The notes under the pieces: generated by a model | Seen by the model: only the letters and a program-made list of their open reading frames with translations | What the model was told of the DNA's origin: nothing | Database searches by the model: none | In this document: positions 1-13,098 of the stretch, piece after piece | Numbering within the stretch: position 1 is the first letter of the stretch | Layout of the letters: the number at the start of each line of letters is the position of its first letter | From: Octopus vulgaris | Lineage: Eukaryota | DNA length: 64,000 bases | Assembly: GCA_951406725.2 (NCBI GenBank) | Contig: OX597833.1 | Coordinates: 55,304,001-55,368,000 of the forward strand | Direction of reading: 5' to 3' | Translations under genes and position numbers: made by a program

Positions 1-104
1 CGGTGTGTTAACCTATCTGCCAGTTTGCCGCCTTAGGTTAATCCTACATACCATGTAGTTATCATTGATACGTTTGTTATTCTGAAAGAGTTATGTCCTA
101 CACA

Positions 105-447
105 GTTGTGATCTGATGGCTTTTCAATGATCATAATGTTGAGTTTGGCCTCCTTCAGAACTCTCCTAAATATACAGGCTAGTTCTCCATGAGCTGTGGC
201 CTCTGCAAACTGCAAACATCACTCCTTGATATTTGTCATTCTTGTACCACGTGTTCACCCTGTTTGCTTTGTCACAAACTCTTTGTATTCTATTCCAGTC
301 TTTACTTGTATATCTAGGGCAGGTACCACTGGTTTCATTACATATGATGCTATCTAACTTCTTTCTAGCACTCATGTATACTCGAACCCTACCTTTCTGA
401 TAATATCCAAAGAATTGCATGTGGTGCATGAAGTTCTGTACATGTTT
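105..447 (-). mobile_element. Penelope-like retroelement ORF fragment (region C-terminal to the RT core), frameshifted
   Basis: Two minus-strand frames join across a small TTTGCAG duplication to give [23 protein letters not shown]...[16 protein letters not shown]...[43 protein letters not shown]. This resembles the 'SGY..R..G.RP.YR...W...WY......VMFV.ATP.GEL.....I..VEK' pattern I recall from PLE proteins. It abuts a (TA)n tract. Confidence 0.6.
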
Positions 448-451
448 CAAA

Positions 452-1107
<656 letters not shown>

Positions 1108-1935
1108 TGTCAAATATTATTTATCTCTGCAAAAGATAAGACAGTGTAGATATATCCCCGAAACTCTCCACTGGAGTGATTTATGTCACAGTTTGTTTAT
1201 CAGCCAGTTGCAGCTGTCAGAGTTTGATAACATCTATTCTCTGACACTATAAGATAACTTATATCTACTTACTGCTGCTTGGCAGCAGTAGGAGATCCTG
1301 GTGATGATGCTGGTCTCAATGGTGACGGCGGTGGTGATGCTGGTTTTGGTAGTGATGTCAATGATGGAACAGTGAGCAGATACCTGCTCCACCTATATAG
1401 TTATGCCATAGTATTGATTGACACGGCAGTTTAGTGATCCTTTTTTTTTTGTTTTGTTTTGTATATTTTTGGGGTTTTTTTTTTTTAATGGTATGATTAT
1501 GCTTAGCTATCATCTTGGACTGACTGTGTGTACGAATGGTATTCTTAGAGCAACGGAGGGATTGTGGAGGGTATGTTGGTGACATGTTAGCACTTCAAAT
1601 TCTTGGGCTCTTGCTTATTTCTAAAGAATTTCTGTCAGTCAGATATGGCTTTTAGTACTTGCAGACTATTAACTCTTGAGAAACGGAATCTTGTAGTGAT
1701 ACTTGTGTTAGCGTGAAACCAACCCCATGCTTGGAATGTTTATTTTTATTCTTTATCTAATTTTTTTTTGTGTGTGTCTGTCTGTGTGGTGTGGTGTGGA
1801 GGGAAACCTTTTAAGAACAGGAAGATTAAGGAAAGAGAATAATAAAGCTAATTAACGGTGTCATGCAATTACAGACATGTAGAGTAAAAATGTGTGTCAG
1901 AGACAATGTAACATTAGTTTTAAGAAACGCCTTTT

Positions 1936-2045
1936 CATCATCATCATCATCATCACCATCATCATTGCAACCATCATCATCATCATCGTTATCATCATCA
2001 CTACTATCGTCATCATCATCATCACCACGACCATCATCACTTCAT
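1936..2045. repeat. (CAT)n microsatellite
   Basis: Directly visible; it adjoins a SINE family C tail fragment. Confidence 0.9.
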
Positions 2046-2604
2046 ATCCACTTTTCCGTACTGGCATGGTTGGACAGGTCATAACAGTCTGAGTCAAATT
2101 GCATTTAGAGACAATGGCCTCCTACATGGATCAGGAAACCCCCGTCTTGCTCATTCATTAAATTTTATTCATGGTTTTTCCATCACTGGATGTTTCTTCC
2201 TGTTGACCAAACTCTTTACAAAACATATCGGTAGTAAGGGGGAGCGGACTCTATTGTGACATTATCACTAGGGGTGGTTTCCACACCCCATCCCACCACC
2301 ACCACTACCCCCTGCCCAGGCAAAGCTAAACAGTTCCTTGTACTATGTGTTGTCCCTTATCACTGTTCAGCTATTCACAAACACAAATGAGGCTGTCTGG
2401 CCCCTAACAAGATTTGAAGGGCATCACTTTTTCCCCTCTGTCTTCATTCATTCATTTCAAGGTTCTTCGTTGTTGTTTTTCCAGAAGATGAGTCAAATGA
2501 TTAATGTTTTGTGTAAGACCTTCTTTACTGTTCAGATCCCTTGTCACACCAGGGTCAACTTTTCCTTTCATCCTTCTGTGGGTTGATGGCGCTGGGGACA
2601 TTAA

Positions 2605-2833
2605 CCCTTTCATTACTGTATTTATTTTGAGATGCTCTGTGTTTTGTTCAATTACTTTAAATATAATAAAGAATTTAGTAAAATAACTTAGTTATCATTA
2701 ACCCTTTAGTGTTCAGATTATTCTATAAATTGTGACTAAGGTTTGGTGGAAGATTTTAATTCAAAATTTATGAAAACAAGACATTTATACTAAAGAGCCA
2801 GAGCTGGTTTTGGCCGGATTGGTAACGAAAGGG
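2605..2833. mobile_element. piggyBac-type MITE (TTAA TSD)
   Basis: TTAA|CCCTTTCATTAC...GTAACGAAAGGG|TTAA; an empty-site copy lies at 2962-2965; same family at 15314, 38928, 61801 and 62047. Confidence 0.85.
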
Positions 2834-3104
2834 TTAAAATCAAGCCCTAGCCATGTAATATAGCTGATCCAAAGGACTACTAGTGTTACAAACATAAATT
2901 GTGACTTTGTGTGGGTCAACTTTTCCTTTCATCCTTCTGTGGGTAGATGGTGCTGGGGGCATTAAAATCAAGCCTTAGCCATGTTAATATAGCTGATCCA
3001 AAGGACTATATATTCTTCCCCCGCCCTTTCCAATTCTTAAAGATGTGTGACTTTGTGTTATACTAATGAGTGGAAATCAGTAATTATGAAAGCTACTGAT
3101 GTCA

Positions 3105-3673
3105 CTGGCAGAAACGTTAGCATGCCAGGTGAAATGCTTAGCAGTATTTCATCTGCCGCTACGTTCTGAGTTCAAATTCCGCCGAGGTCAGATTTGCCTT
3201 TCATCCTTTCGGGGGTCGATTAAATAAGTACCAGTTACGCACTGGGTCGATATATTCGACTTAATCCGTTTGTCTGTCCTTGTTTGTCCTCTCTGTGTTT
3301 GGCCACTTGTGGGTAGTAAAGAAATAGGTATTTCGTTTGTCTTTACGTTCTGAGTTCAAATTCCACCAAGGTCGACTTTGCCTTTCATCCTTTCGGGTCG
3401 ATTAAATAAGTACCAGTTATGCACTGGAGTCAATATAATCGACTTAATCGTTTGTCTGTCCTTGTTTGTCCTCTCTGTGTTTGGCCCTTGTGGGTAGTAA
3501 AGAAATAGGTACTTCGTCTGTCTTTACGTTCTGAGTTCAAATTCTGCCAAAGTCAACTTTGCCTTTCATCCTTTCAGGGTCGATAAATTAAGTACCAGTT
3601 GCATACTGCGGTCAATCTAATTGACTGGCCCCCATCCCAAAAATTTCGGGCCTTGTGCCTAGAGTAGAAAAGG
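3105..3673 (+). mobile_element. SINE family A, tandem trimer
   Basis: Head CTGGCAGAAACGTTAGCA followed by three copies of GTTCTGAGTTCAAATTC...TTTGCCTTTCATCCTTTC.GGGTCGAT..A.TAAGTACCAG. The core resembles the Meta/MESC SINE domain (from memory). Confidence 0.85.
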
Positions 3674-4796
3674 ATGTCATACCATATCTTAGATCAATAG
3701 GTGGCAGCCATAGTGCATGCCATGGGTTCAAATGGGACCAGATCCTTTACATTTCGAAATCATCATCATTGATTTAACATGTACTTTCCCATGTTTGCCT
3801 GGGTCAGATGGAGTTTATTGAACCAGATTTTCTACAGCTGGATGCTTTTCCTCTTGCCAACCCTCACCTGTTTCCAAGCAGGGTAATATTTCCTCATGGC
3901 CAGACATGTTTTTGCAGAACATTGGAAATGATTGATACTGCATTTGTGATAATGCCTCTCGTTTACAATTATCGCACTACATCAAGACATGGACACGCAA
4001 ACACACACACTGGCTTCTTTCTTGTTTCCATCTATCCAATCCCTCGCAAGACTATGGTCTTCTTAGAGCTCTATTAGAAGACACTTGCCCAAATTCACAC
4101 ACACACAATGGGATTGAACCAGATACCATGTGGTTGAGAAGCAAACTTCCTTATCCACATGCCCACAAATAGACCTTCAACATTATATTCTAAATATTCT
4201 AAATATATGTGTGTATGTATAAGAGGGCTGTAATATGAAGGAGATTAAGCTGCTATATCTAGCAGATCAAACAACCATAGAGCCCTCTCCCCCTCCCTGT
4301 TTTTTTTTTGTTGTTTTTTTTTTTGCTGTTACTTTTAATTGAGTTTTTGACTACTTTGCTGATTGGCCCACGAAATAAACCAATCAACACTCAATCTCAC
4401 TTTCTCCCTTTTCTTCGCGGACGTTTCTCACATCTGTCCGATGATGTCTCTCTGATAGTGTCTTCACTTCTTGCTGCAAGACTATAGAGTCATGTGTGAC
4501 AGGAATCGGTAAGAAATAGGATGATAGAAAATGATAGGATTTAAATATTGAGCACAAAGCAGAAAGAATTTTGCGTAAGCCGGTTTATTGTTAGAAATCG
4601 AATGACTTCTATAAATAGCAATACTTTCAACTGAAGTCTACTTGTTCCAATTTCTAAACGGGGTTTATGTTCTTTAAAGTATGGTCAACTTGAAAAATCT
4701 TCGTAGAATCAATTTAGCTCTCAACATATTTACCAGCAGAATGCCAAAGTGAGATAGAACTAGCTTGTAGTCAAAATGAATTATTGCTCCCACCTT

Positions 4797-4898
4797 TCTC
4801 TCTCTCTCTCTCTTTCTGTATATATGTGTGTGTGTGTGTGTATGTATATATATGTGTGTGCGTGTGTATATATATATACATATATATGTATGTATCTG

Positions 4899-4967
<69 letters not shown>

Positions 4968-5230
4968 GTGTGTATATATATATGTGTGTGTGTGTGTATA
5001 TATATATATATGTATGTATATATATATGTATTTATGTATATATATGTATGTATATATATGTGTATATATATGTATATGTATATGTATGTATATTTGTGTG
5101 TGTGTGCATGTGTGTGTGTATATATCTTTATCTTGCTTCCTACTCACACTTTCTCTCTTCTCACTCTCTCGCACTCTGTCTTTCTCTTCTCTCTCCATCT
5201 TACTTCCCACTCACACTCTCTCTCTCTCAC
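4797..5230. repeat. (CT)n/(TG)n/(TA)n compound microsatellite
   Basis: Directly visible. Confidence 0.95.
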
Positions 5231-5562
5231 TTCTCACTTTCGCTTCTTCCTGCCCTCCCTCCTTCCTTCCCTCTCTGCCTCCACCCCCACCCCACCCCCC
5301 GTTCTCAACATGTAAATTTTATAACTTTTCTGAAATTGAACAAAGTTTTTAAGTTTCCTTTCACTCTGTATTTTACTCTCTTTGCTGAAGTAGAAATGAA
5401 CTGCTGCTGCTGCTGCTCCTGCTGCTCCTGCTGCTCCTGCTGCTAGTAGTAGCAGTGGTGGCAGTGGCAGTGGCAGCATGACTGTGGTTGGATACAGGCG
5501 TGACAGAACGGTTGGAAAGGCACTCAGATGTGGAATCCACTCAAATGTGTATTTTGTTTTTC

Positions 5563-6208
5563 TTCCTACTGTAGGCACAGGGCCCGAAAGTTTTGGGAGG
5601 GGGCCAGTGAATTAGATGAATCCCAGTACACAACTGGTACTTAATTCATCGACCTCAAAAGGATGAAAGGCAAAGTCGACCTTGGCAGAATTTGAACTCA
5701 GACACACGAAATACCGCTAAGCATTTCGATTGGTGTGCTAACATTTCTGCCAGCTCACCACCTTAAAATATCCTTTTCTACTCTAGGCACAAGGCCTGAA
5801 ATTTTTGGGAGGAGGTGGGGGCAGTCAATTAGATGAACCCCAGTACACAACTGGTACTTAATTCATCGACCTCAAAAGGATGAAAGGCAAAGTCGACCTT
5901 GGCAGAATTTGAACTCAGACACACGAAATACCGCTAAGCATTTTGATTGGTGTGCTAACATTTCTGCCAGCTCACCGCCTTAAAATATCCTTTTCTACTC
6001 TAGGCACAAGGCCTTAAATGTTTGGGAGGAGGTGGGGGCCAGTCAATTAGATCAACCCCAGTACACAACTGGTACTTAATTCATCGACTCCAAAAGGATG
6101 AAAGGCAAAGTGAACCTCGGTGGAATTTGAACTCAGAACGTAAACACAGACAAAATACTACTAAGCATTTCACCCGGTGTCCTAATGTTTCTGCCAGCTC
6201 ACCGCCTT
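5563..6208 (-). mobile_element. SINE family A, three tandem copies
   Basis: Reverse complement of the family A core (CTGGTACTTAATT...AAAGGATGAAAGGCAAAGT...GAATTTGAACTCAGA...TCTGCCAGCTCACC) occurs three times. Confidence 0.85.
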
Positions 6209-6251
6209 CTTACCACACAGCCACACCTGCACCTAATTCTAGTATATAGTA

Positions 6252-7042
6252 TAGGCATACCTCACCCTACATTATTAATTGGTCCCAAGAGACACGACTT
6301 AAGTCGAATTAACTTGTCTCTAGGCTAGGCTAGGCTAAATTTACTTGTCTCTAGGCTAAACCTATTGATGACGGTGTTCTTCATCCCTGGGGCTTCAGAT
6401 TTGATATGTATTAAAATGTTGTCCTTATTATGTACAATTGTCAATACAGTTGTCCAACTCATCTCAAAAGATCGTATAATTGCTACCACTTTCTCACCTT
6501 TTTCATGGTATTTTATCATAGCCAGTTTATCTTCCAACATAATAGCATGATGCTTAGTACTTTCACTGTGAATTTTCTTAGGAGCCATGGGGACAAAAAA
6601 CAAAGTCACAAATGAATGAGAATGAGAAAGTAGATGATAAACAGACTTAATTCAAAACAATTGTGGGAATCATGAGTGATTCCCACACGCCTAATGGTAG
6701 ATATTGGAACTACAGTACAATATGAGCTCCGAAAGACTGATAAATAAGACAACACAGCTGATTTCATGATTTTGTTCACTAAGCTACACTACTTTATGGT
6801 GTGTATCTTAACATTTACTGTACATATTTTAATATGATTTAATATGATTTTATTCTTATTTTTTGTACAGTAACATGATTTTATGTGCTTTTGATGGTTT
6901 CTAGTGATCTTACGATTCCCATATTTGTAGTAGATATGTAAAATCAAGTAAAATGACTTAACTTGATTATCATTTTTCCATATATTAATTTTGAAAACCA
7001 ATGTATAATTGAGAAGAACTGGCTTAAGCCGAGGTACGCCTG
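6252..7042 (-). mobile_element. Internally deleted Tigger/pogo DNA transposon with N-terminal CENP-B-type HTH remnant
   Basis: Termini TA|TAGGCATACCTC...GAGGTACGCCTG|TA match the Tigger-type TIR CAGGCRTACCTC with a TA TSD. The minus ORF MAPKK...HAIMLEDKLAMIKYHEKGEKVVAIIRSFEMSWTTVLTIVHNKDNIL...SEAPGMKNTVI (about 6361-6588) matches Tigger transposase N-termini. Confidence 0.85.
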
Positions 7043-8009
7043 TATTTGTAGTTGAGAACCATGGCAGTAATTTGATGTATATGTGGTATACGGGAAATGC
7101 TGTACAAATACTGATGGCGACATTGATGGTAACAATGGTGACAATTGCCCTCAAATCAGTCTATATTGAGTTGACTTTTAATCAGACATTCCAGTCATGA
7201 CAATCCCTGATTTGCTTTTCTTCTTTTGTTGTCGGCAGTGTGTGTCTAGGGCTATATTATTCAGTGTATCCTTCTTTAACCCAGTAAGGTATGCCACGTG
7301 GAGGATTTGGCTGTTACTTCTAGCAGGTCAAGAACCCTGTCCCCCTAGATCCTTCATCATTAGCTGATATTATTGTACATATTGTACATAGTGAGTGTGT
7401 AGTATTTAGAAATACATATAGAGATGCATTGTGTGTGTGTGTGCATGTGTTCATGTGTGTACCATGAATGTGCATTGATTGCATATGAAGTGTTTAGAGA
7501 AAGTGCAATCAGCTTAATCATTCTGCGTTTGCATACGTGTACGTGTGTCTGTGTGCGTATGTGAATAGCTGTCGACCATATATACGTGACAAGGTATATA
7601 TCCGAAATATTTAGATACACATCTGTAGAGGCACTTAAATCCAGAATCGTGTGGTGCTTACAACGTTTTAGAAGTAACACAACGAAATTCCGTGAAGCTG
7701 TAAGTAGTTAATAAAATTGCCTGTTCCAAGCAACGAGTTGCACTTGTGAGTTTCACCTAACGAATGCCTTTCGATCACACTTTGTTCATCTTCATCACAG
7801 TTAACAGGTGATCATTCACCTGCCTGGGTTTCAGCGTTCTTCCTGGCTGTGTGCATAAAAACATTTTCAAGTGTTACACAATATTGCATTATTCCAAACA
7901 AGTTTGGTAAGTTTCTTCAAGCTGAGTACCGCACCTCGCCTCACACACAATTCACTCCTGTTTAATGCGACAGATACAGATGTTTCTTGCTCTCTCTTCC
8001 TCTTTTCTT

Positions 8010-8046
<37 letters not shown>

Positions 8047-8542
8047 TCACACACACACATAAAATGTAATTTAGATTTCAGTTGGATTAGGTACTTAAAT
8101 TCAGGCACCATGTTAGGACAAACTTATTTGCACACTCAAACATATATATAGCGGGCATGGCTGTGTGGTTAGGGAGCTTGCTTCATAGCTACATGGTTTC
8201 GGGTTCAGTCCCACTGCGTGGCACTTTGAGTAGCTGTCTTCCACTATAGCCTCGAGCCGACCGGAGCTTTGTGATTGAATTCGGTAGTTGGAAGTTGCTG
8301 CCGTGTGTGTATGTGTGTGTCTAGCTGCTCAGTGCCTCTCCGAAAGAGAGAGAGGAGAGGGTATGTATGTATGTATGTATGTATGTATGTATATATAGAT
8401 ATTTGTATGTGTGTGTGTGTGTATATATGAGCTTCGCAATCATTCACACTCAAAATCTCCCACCACCACCACAGCTCTTTCACCTCCTTACAAAATCACT
8501 TTCTTCTCTTACCATCCAGAACCATCTCACTTGTTAACCTTT

Positions 8543-8854
8543 CAGAAATATTAGCACGCCGGGTGAAATGCTTTGCGATATTTCGTCTTCCGTTATGTTC
8601 TGAGTTCAAATTCCACCAAGGGGTCGACTTTGACATTCATCCTTTTGGGTTCGATAAATTAAGTACCTGTTACACACTGGGGTCGATGTAATCAACTTAA
8701 TCCATGTGTCTGTCCTTGTTTGTCCCCTCTGTGTTTAGCCCCTTGTGGGTAGTAAAGAAATAGGTATTTCGTCTGTTGTTACGTTCTGAGTTCAAATTTC
8801 ATCAAGGTCGACTTTGCCTTTCATCCTTTCAGGGTCGATAAAATAAGTACCACT

Positions 8855-8857
<3 letters not shown>
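8543..8857 (+). mobile_element. SINE family A dimer
   Basis: Two family A cores in tandem; another copy lies at about 8995-9194. Confidence 0.8.
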
Positions 8858-8907
<50 letters not shown>

Positions 8908-10200
8908 TGTTATTAAAGCTGCACAATTGTGTCACAACTGTAAGATAAACGGGAATGTGAAACTCTGAGTAACAGTTTTTGTGATAATTTTGCAGCGGCG
9001 AAGTGGCAGAAACATGAGCAAGCCGGGTGAAATGCTTAGCGTTCTATGTTCTGAGTTCAAATTCTGCCATGGTTGACTTTGCCTTTCATTCTTTCAGGGT
9101 TGATAAATTAAGTACCAGTTGTGTACTGGGGTCGATCTAATCGACTAGCCCCCTCCCCAAAAATTTTGGGCCCTTGTGCATAGAGTAGAAAAGAATTTTG
9201 CAGCCTTAATAAAAGTATATTACTCTGCCTTTGGTATTCGAGTACTATTTTTCCACCTTGTTTTACACTTGTATGCTCACTTGTGTGTGTATATGTATGT
9301 ATAAGTGTGTGTGTGTGTGTGTATTTGATCTTGGCAGAAGTGGTGCTATAAATTCTATGCAAATGTATTGTCTGTTACTTTATGAATTAGATGTTGTTTT
9401 TCAACTGAAGCCCATAATCCAGCCAGGAATTTGGGGCCGTCTTTGAAAAGTTATTTGTTAGGAAGCTGCCATATTTGCTCTTAATCCCATGTATAATCTC
9501 TGATTCTGCTTGCATTACTTTGTGAAGATTAAGGCAGTATTTATCAGCCATTTACAAGTGATAGTATTTTTTTTGTTTTTTTTGGGGGGTGGGGTTCTGC
9601 CTTATACTCACCTGTCTTTGAGGTCCAGCAAAAAGTCTTAGATGCTGTCTTTACTTCTTTGACTGCACAATCACCATCACCATTCATCACTTTTCCTTTT
9701 TGCATGTATCAGATGGAATATGTTGAGAGAGATTTTCTATGGCCAAATACCTTTCCTGTCACCAACCTTTATTTGTTTCCAAGGAAAGTAATGCTTTCTC
9801 ATGAACAGATATGTTTTTTCATATATGTATACATATATACGACGAGATTCTTTCAGTTTCCGTCTACCAAATCCACTCACAAGGCTTTGGTTGGCCCGAG
9901 GCTATAGCAGAAGACACTTGCCCAAGGTACCACACAGTGGGACTGAACCCGGAACCATGCGGTTCGTAAGCAAGCTACTTACTTCACAGCCACTATATAT
10001 ATATCCCCCTTCTATATATATATCCCTCTTCTGTCTCAGCATGTGTTAGCTCCAATGAGTTCTGATACCTTGTGCTTGTGATGCCTACCTTTCCAATATC
10101 TGGGCTAACGACTTATCTCAGTATACTCTCAGACTATGCCAGCTGCTAAGGCAATGCCATTAACTTGGTCTGCTGTCTGAAGACACCTGGTTACTCGCTC

Positions 10201-10530
10201 TGGTAAACGGTGACAATATCTTGTGAGATCAATACCTTAAAATCAATGTTAAATAGATCTACTGATTGATGGTACCCAGGTATGCATTTAGGTAAATAGC
10301 AATAATGTCTTGTCCGATCAATTCTTTAAAACCAATATTAAATAGGTCTATTGATTGATGGTACTGGGAAACACATTCAGGTACATAGAAAATGATGTCT
10401 CATGAGATCAATAGCTTAAAGTCAATATTAAATAAAATCCATTGATTGATGGTAGCCAGGTATGCAATCAGGTAAAAATTGACAGTGTCTTTTAGATCAA
10501 TAGCTTAAAGTAATTATTAAATAATCTATT
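10201..10530. repeat. Diverged tandem repeat, 89-90 bp period, about 3.5 copies
   Basis: GATCAAT anchors at 10227, 10316, 10406 and 10495; the first three units share ...TTAAATA...TGATTGATGGTA...AGGTA. Confidence 0.85.
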
Positions 10531-10749
10531 TCATCTACTTCCATGTCGTTGAAAGTTTGGATCTTTGGTTACATTTGTGCTGTATTCTTTCATATATGTG
10601 TGTGTGTAAGGTCCAAGGATGAATATGTTTTAGCCCCAAGGCTGTGGCTATACTGGTGGTGCTCTAGCATGGCCACAGCCTTAGGGCTGAAACATGTAAA
10701 AGAATAAAAAAATGCCTTCTTTTCCATATTTGTTGAAATGTATGAATGG

Positions 10750-11663
10750 TTCCTTCTCGAGCCATGCCTGGCTCATAAGGGCCGGTTTCCCGGTTTCTTG
10801 GCGTATAGGTTCCCCACCTGGACGGGACACCGGTCCGTCGCAGGTGAGCTGCAAGATGCAGGAGGAAAGAGTGAGAGAAAGTTGTGGCAAAGGAGTCAGC
10901 AGAAGTTCACCATTACCTTCTGCTGGGGCCGCATGGAGCTTAGGTTGTTTCGCTCATAAACACACACATCATCCGGTCTGAGATTTGAACCCGCGATCCC
11001 TTGACCGTGAGTCCGCTGCTCTAACCACATGCATCCACGCGTTCTTTTCATTGTTTGTTCCTTCTCGAGCCATTCCTGGCTCATAAGGGCCAGTTTCCCA
11101 GTTTCCATGGCGTATAAGTTCCCCACCTGGATGGGACACTGGACCATCGCAGGTGAGCTGCAAGATGCAGGAGGAAAGAGTGAGAGAAAGTTGTGGCGAA
11201 AGAATCAGCAGAAGTTTTGTCACTACCTTCTGCCGGAGTCACGTGGAACTTAGGTGTTTCACTCATAAACACATGCATCGCCCAGTCTGAGATTCGAACC
11301 CGCAATCCCTTGACCGCGAGTCCGCTGCTCTAACCACATGCATCCACGCGTTCTTTTCATTGTTTGTTCCTTCTCGAGCCATTCCTGGCTCATAAGGGCC
11401 GGTTTCCCGGTTTCTTGGCGTATAGGTTCCCCACCTGGATGGGACACTGGACCATCGCAGGTGAGCTGCAAGATGCAGGAGGAAAGAGTGAGAGAAAGTT
11501 GTGGCGAAGGAATCAGCAGAAGTTTTGTCACTACCTTCTGCCGGAGTCACGTGGAACTTAGGTGTTTCACTCATAAACACACGCATCGCCCAGTCTGAGA
11601 TTTGAAACCGCGATCCCTTGGCCGCGAGTCCGCTGCTCTAACCACTAGGCCATGTGCCTCCAC
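10750..11663 (-). mobile_element. tRNA-derived SINE (family E) trimer bounded by one 13-bp TSD
   Basis: Three units of about 300 bp. The tRNA-like head on the minus strand reads GGCCTAGTGGTTAGAGCAGCGGACTCGCGG..., with B-box GGTTCGAATCTC in the middle unit. AATGTATGAATGG occurs at 10737-10749 and 11664-11676. Confidence 0.9.
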
Positions 11664-12255
11664 AATGTATGAATGGCATTATGAGTGAGAGTTATCAACT
11701 GTGTCAAGTCATCAAATGTTTTAAGAAGCTAGCAAAGAAATTTGATAAACTTACCTGAGTATATTTGGCATCACCTGAATTGTGCTGAAGTCAGGACGAC
11801 TCGGGTATCAAGGAAGGAAGAAAAAACAAACAAAAGCAGAACAGTTTTACTCTACATTTAGAATTATATATAAATGTAGTTACTAACAACAGAAGCACCC
11901 ACTCTTCTATTCTCCAATCAATAACTATTTCCTACGCTGAAGGAGTGATGCAACCTTTCAGATCAGGTGACATGAATGTATACAGTGTCCCTCCCCGGTT
12001 GTCTAATGGGTGTTGAAAGACTTTCAGAATGTAATCAGAGCTCAATGAAAGCTTCACCAACTTTGATAACAAATCAACAGGAGAGCTACTATGATGGCAT
12101 TTGATATGCTAGAAATAGTAGCAAAATATCCCTAAAATCGCATCCTAATTTTTTTTTCGTTTTTGACATAGAAAAGGTACACATTGGATCAAGTAATAAG
12201 AAGGGACAGTCATGGTTGGAATGTTTTTGATCCAATATCGTAACCAGTGGTGTGA

Positions 12256-12489
12256 GGCGGCGAGCTGGCAGAAATGTTAGCGTGCTGGGCGAAATGTTTA
12301 GCGGTATTTTGTCTGCCGCTACGTTCTGAGTTCAAATTCCACCAAGGTCGACTTTGCCTTTCATCCTTTCGGGGTCGATTAAATAACTACCAGTTATGCA
12401 CTGAGGTCGATGTAATCGACTTAATCCGTTTGTCTGTCCTTGTTCGTCCCCCTCTGTGTTTAGCTCCTTGTGGGTAGTAAAGAAATAGG
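12256..12489 (+). mobile_element. SINE family A, full length
   Basis: GGCGGCGAGCTGGCAGAA head, core and GTAAAGAAATA tail; flanked by a GGTGTGAGG direct repeat. Confidence 0.85.
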
Positions 12490-12857
12490 TGTGAGGGAGT
12501 CCACCCCAAGTGATTCTTTTATAAAGGCAGCACTTTTAGGTTTGCTGTATAAGATTGTATGGGGTTAGGGGCCCAAGGTGGGGGAGAGCAAACTCAAGGG
12601 CTGCTCCAGGCAGCACACACTCTAGCTGCACCACTGCTTTGATCATTGATCCACTGAACCAGAGCTAAGCTGAGACTTCACAACAACAAAGGAGATAATC
12701 ATCATTACCTGGCCATTCTCAAGTACTCAATACTTCTTATAAAGTGTGTCTTGCATGGTAGCTATTATTGTTTGGTCCTAGGGAAAACCCTGACTGAGGT
12801 ACTTGTTTCTGCTGTGACCATCCCATTGTATTTAATGGATCCTCTTATAAGACAGGT

Positions 12858-13062
12858 TACTCTTTTACTTGTTTCAGTCATTTGACTGTGGCCATGCTGG
12901 AGCACTGTCTTTTAGTCGAGCAAATCGACCCCAGGACTTATTCTTTGTAAGCCCAGTACTTATTCTATCAGTCTCTTTTTGCCGAACCACTAAGTGATGG
13001 GGACGTAAACACACCAGCATCGGTTGTCAAGCAATGCTAGGAGGACAAACACAGACACACAA

Positions 13063-13098
<36 letters not shown>

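Noticed and set aside
1263-1297. Hairpin TACTGCTGC-TTG-GCAGCAGTA
   Set aside because: A short stem of low-complexity CTG/CAG; too small for a pre-miRNA.
11590-11663. tRNA-like sequences (also heads at about 43139, 22090-22160 and 51992)
   Set aside because: These are SINE heads attached to repeat bodies; I could not fold a complete cloverleaf with an acceptor stem.
11750-11810. Minus-strand CAG|GTAAGT donor with an upstream pyrimidine tract (possible antisense exon); also an isolated + donor at about 25133
   Set aside because: No recognisable coding content; isolated splice-like sites are common by chance.
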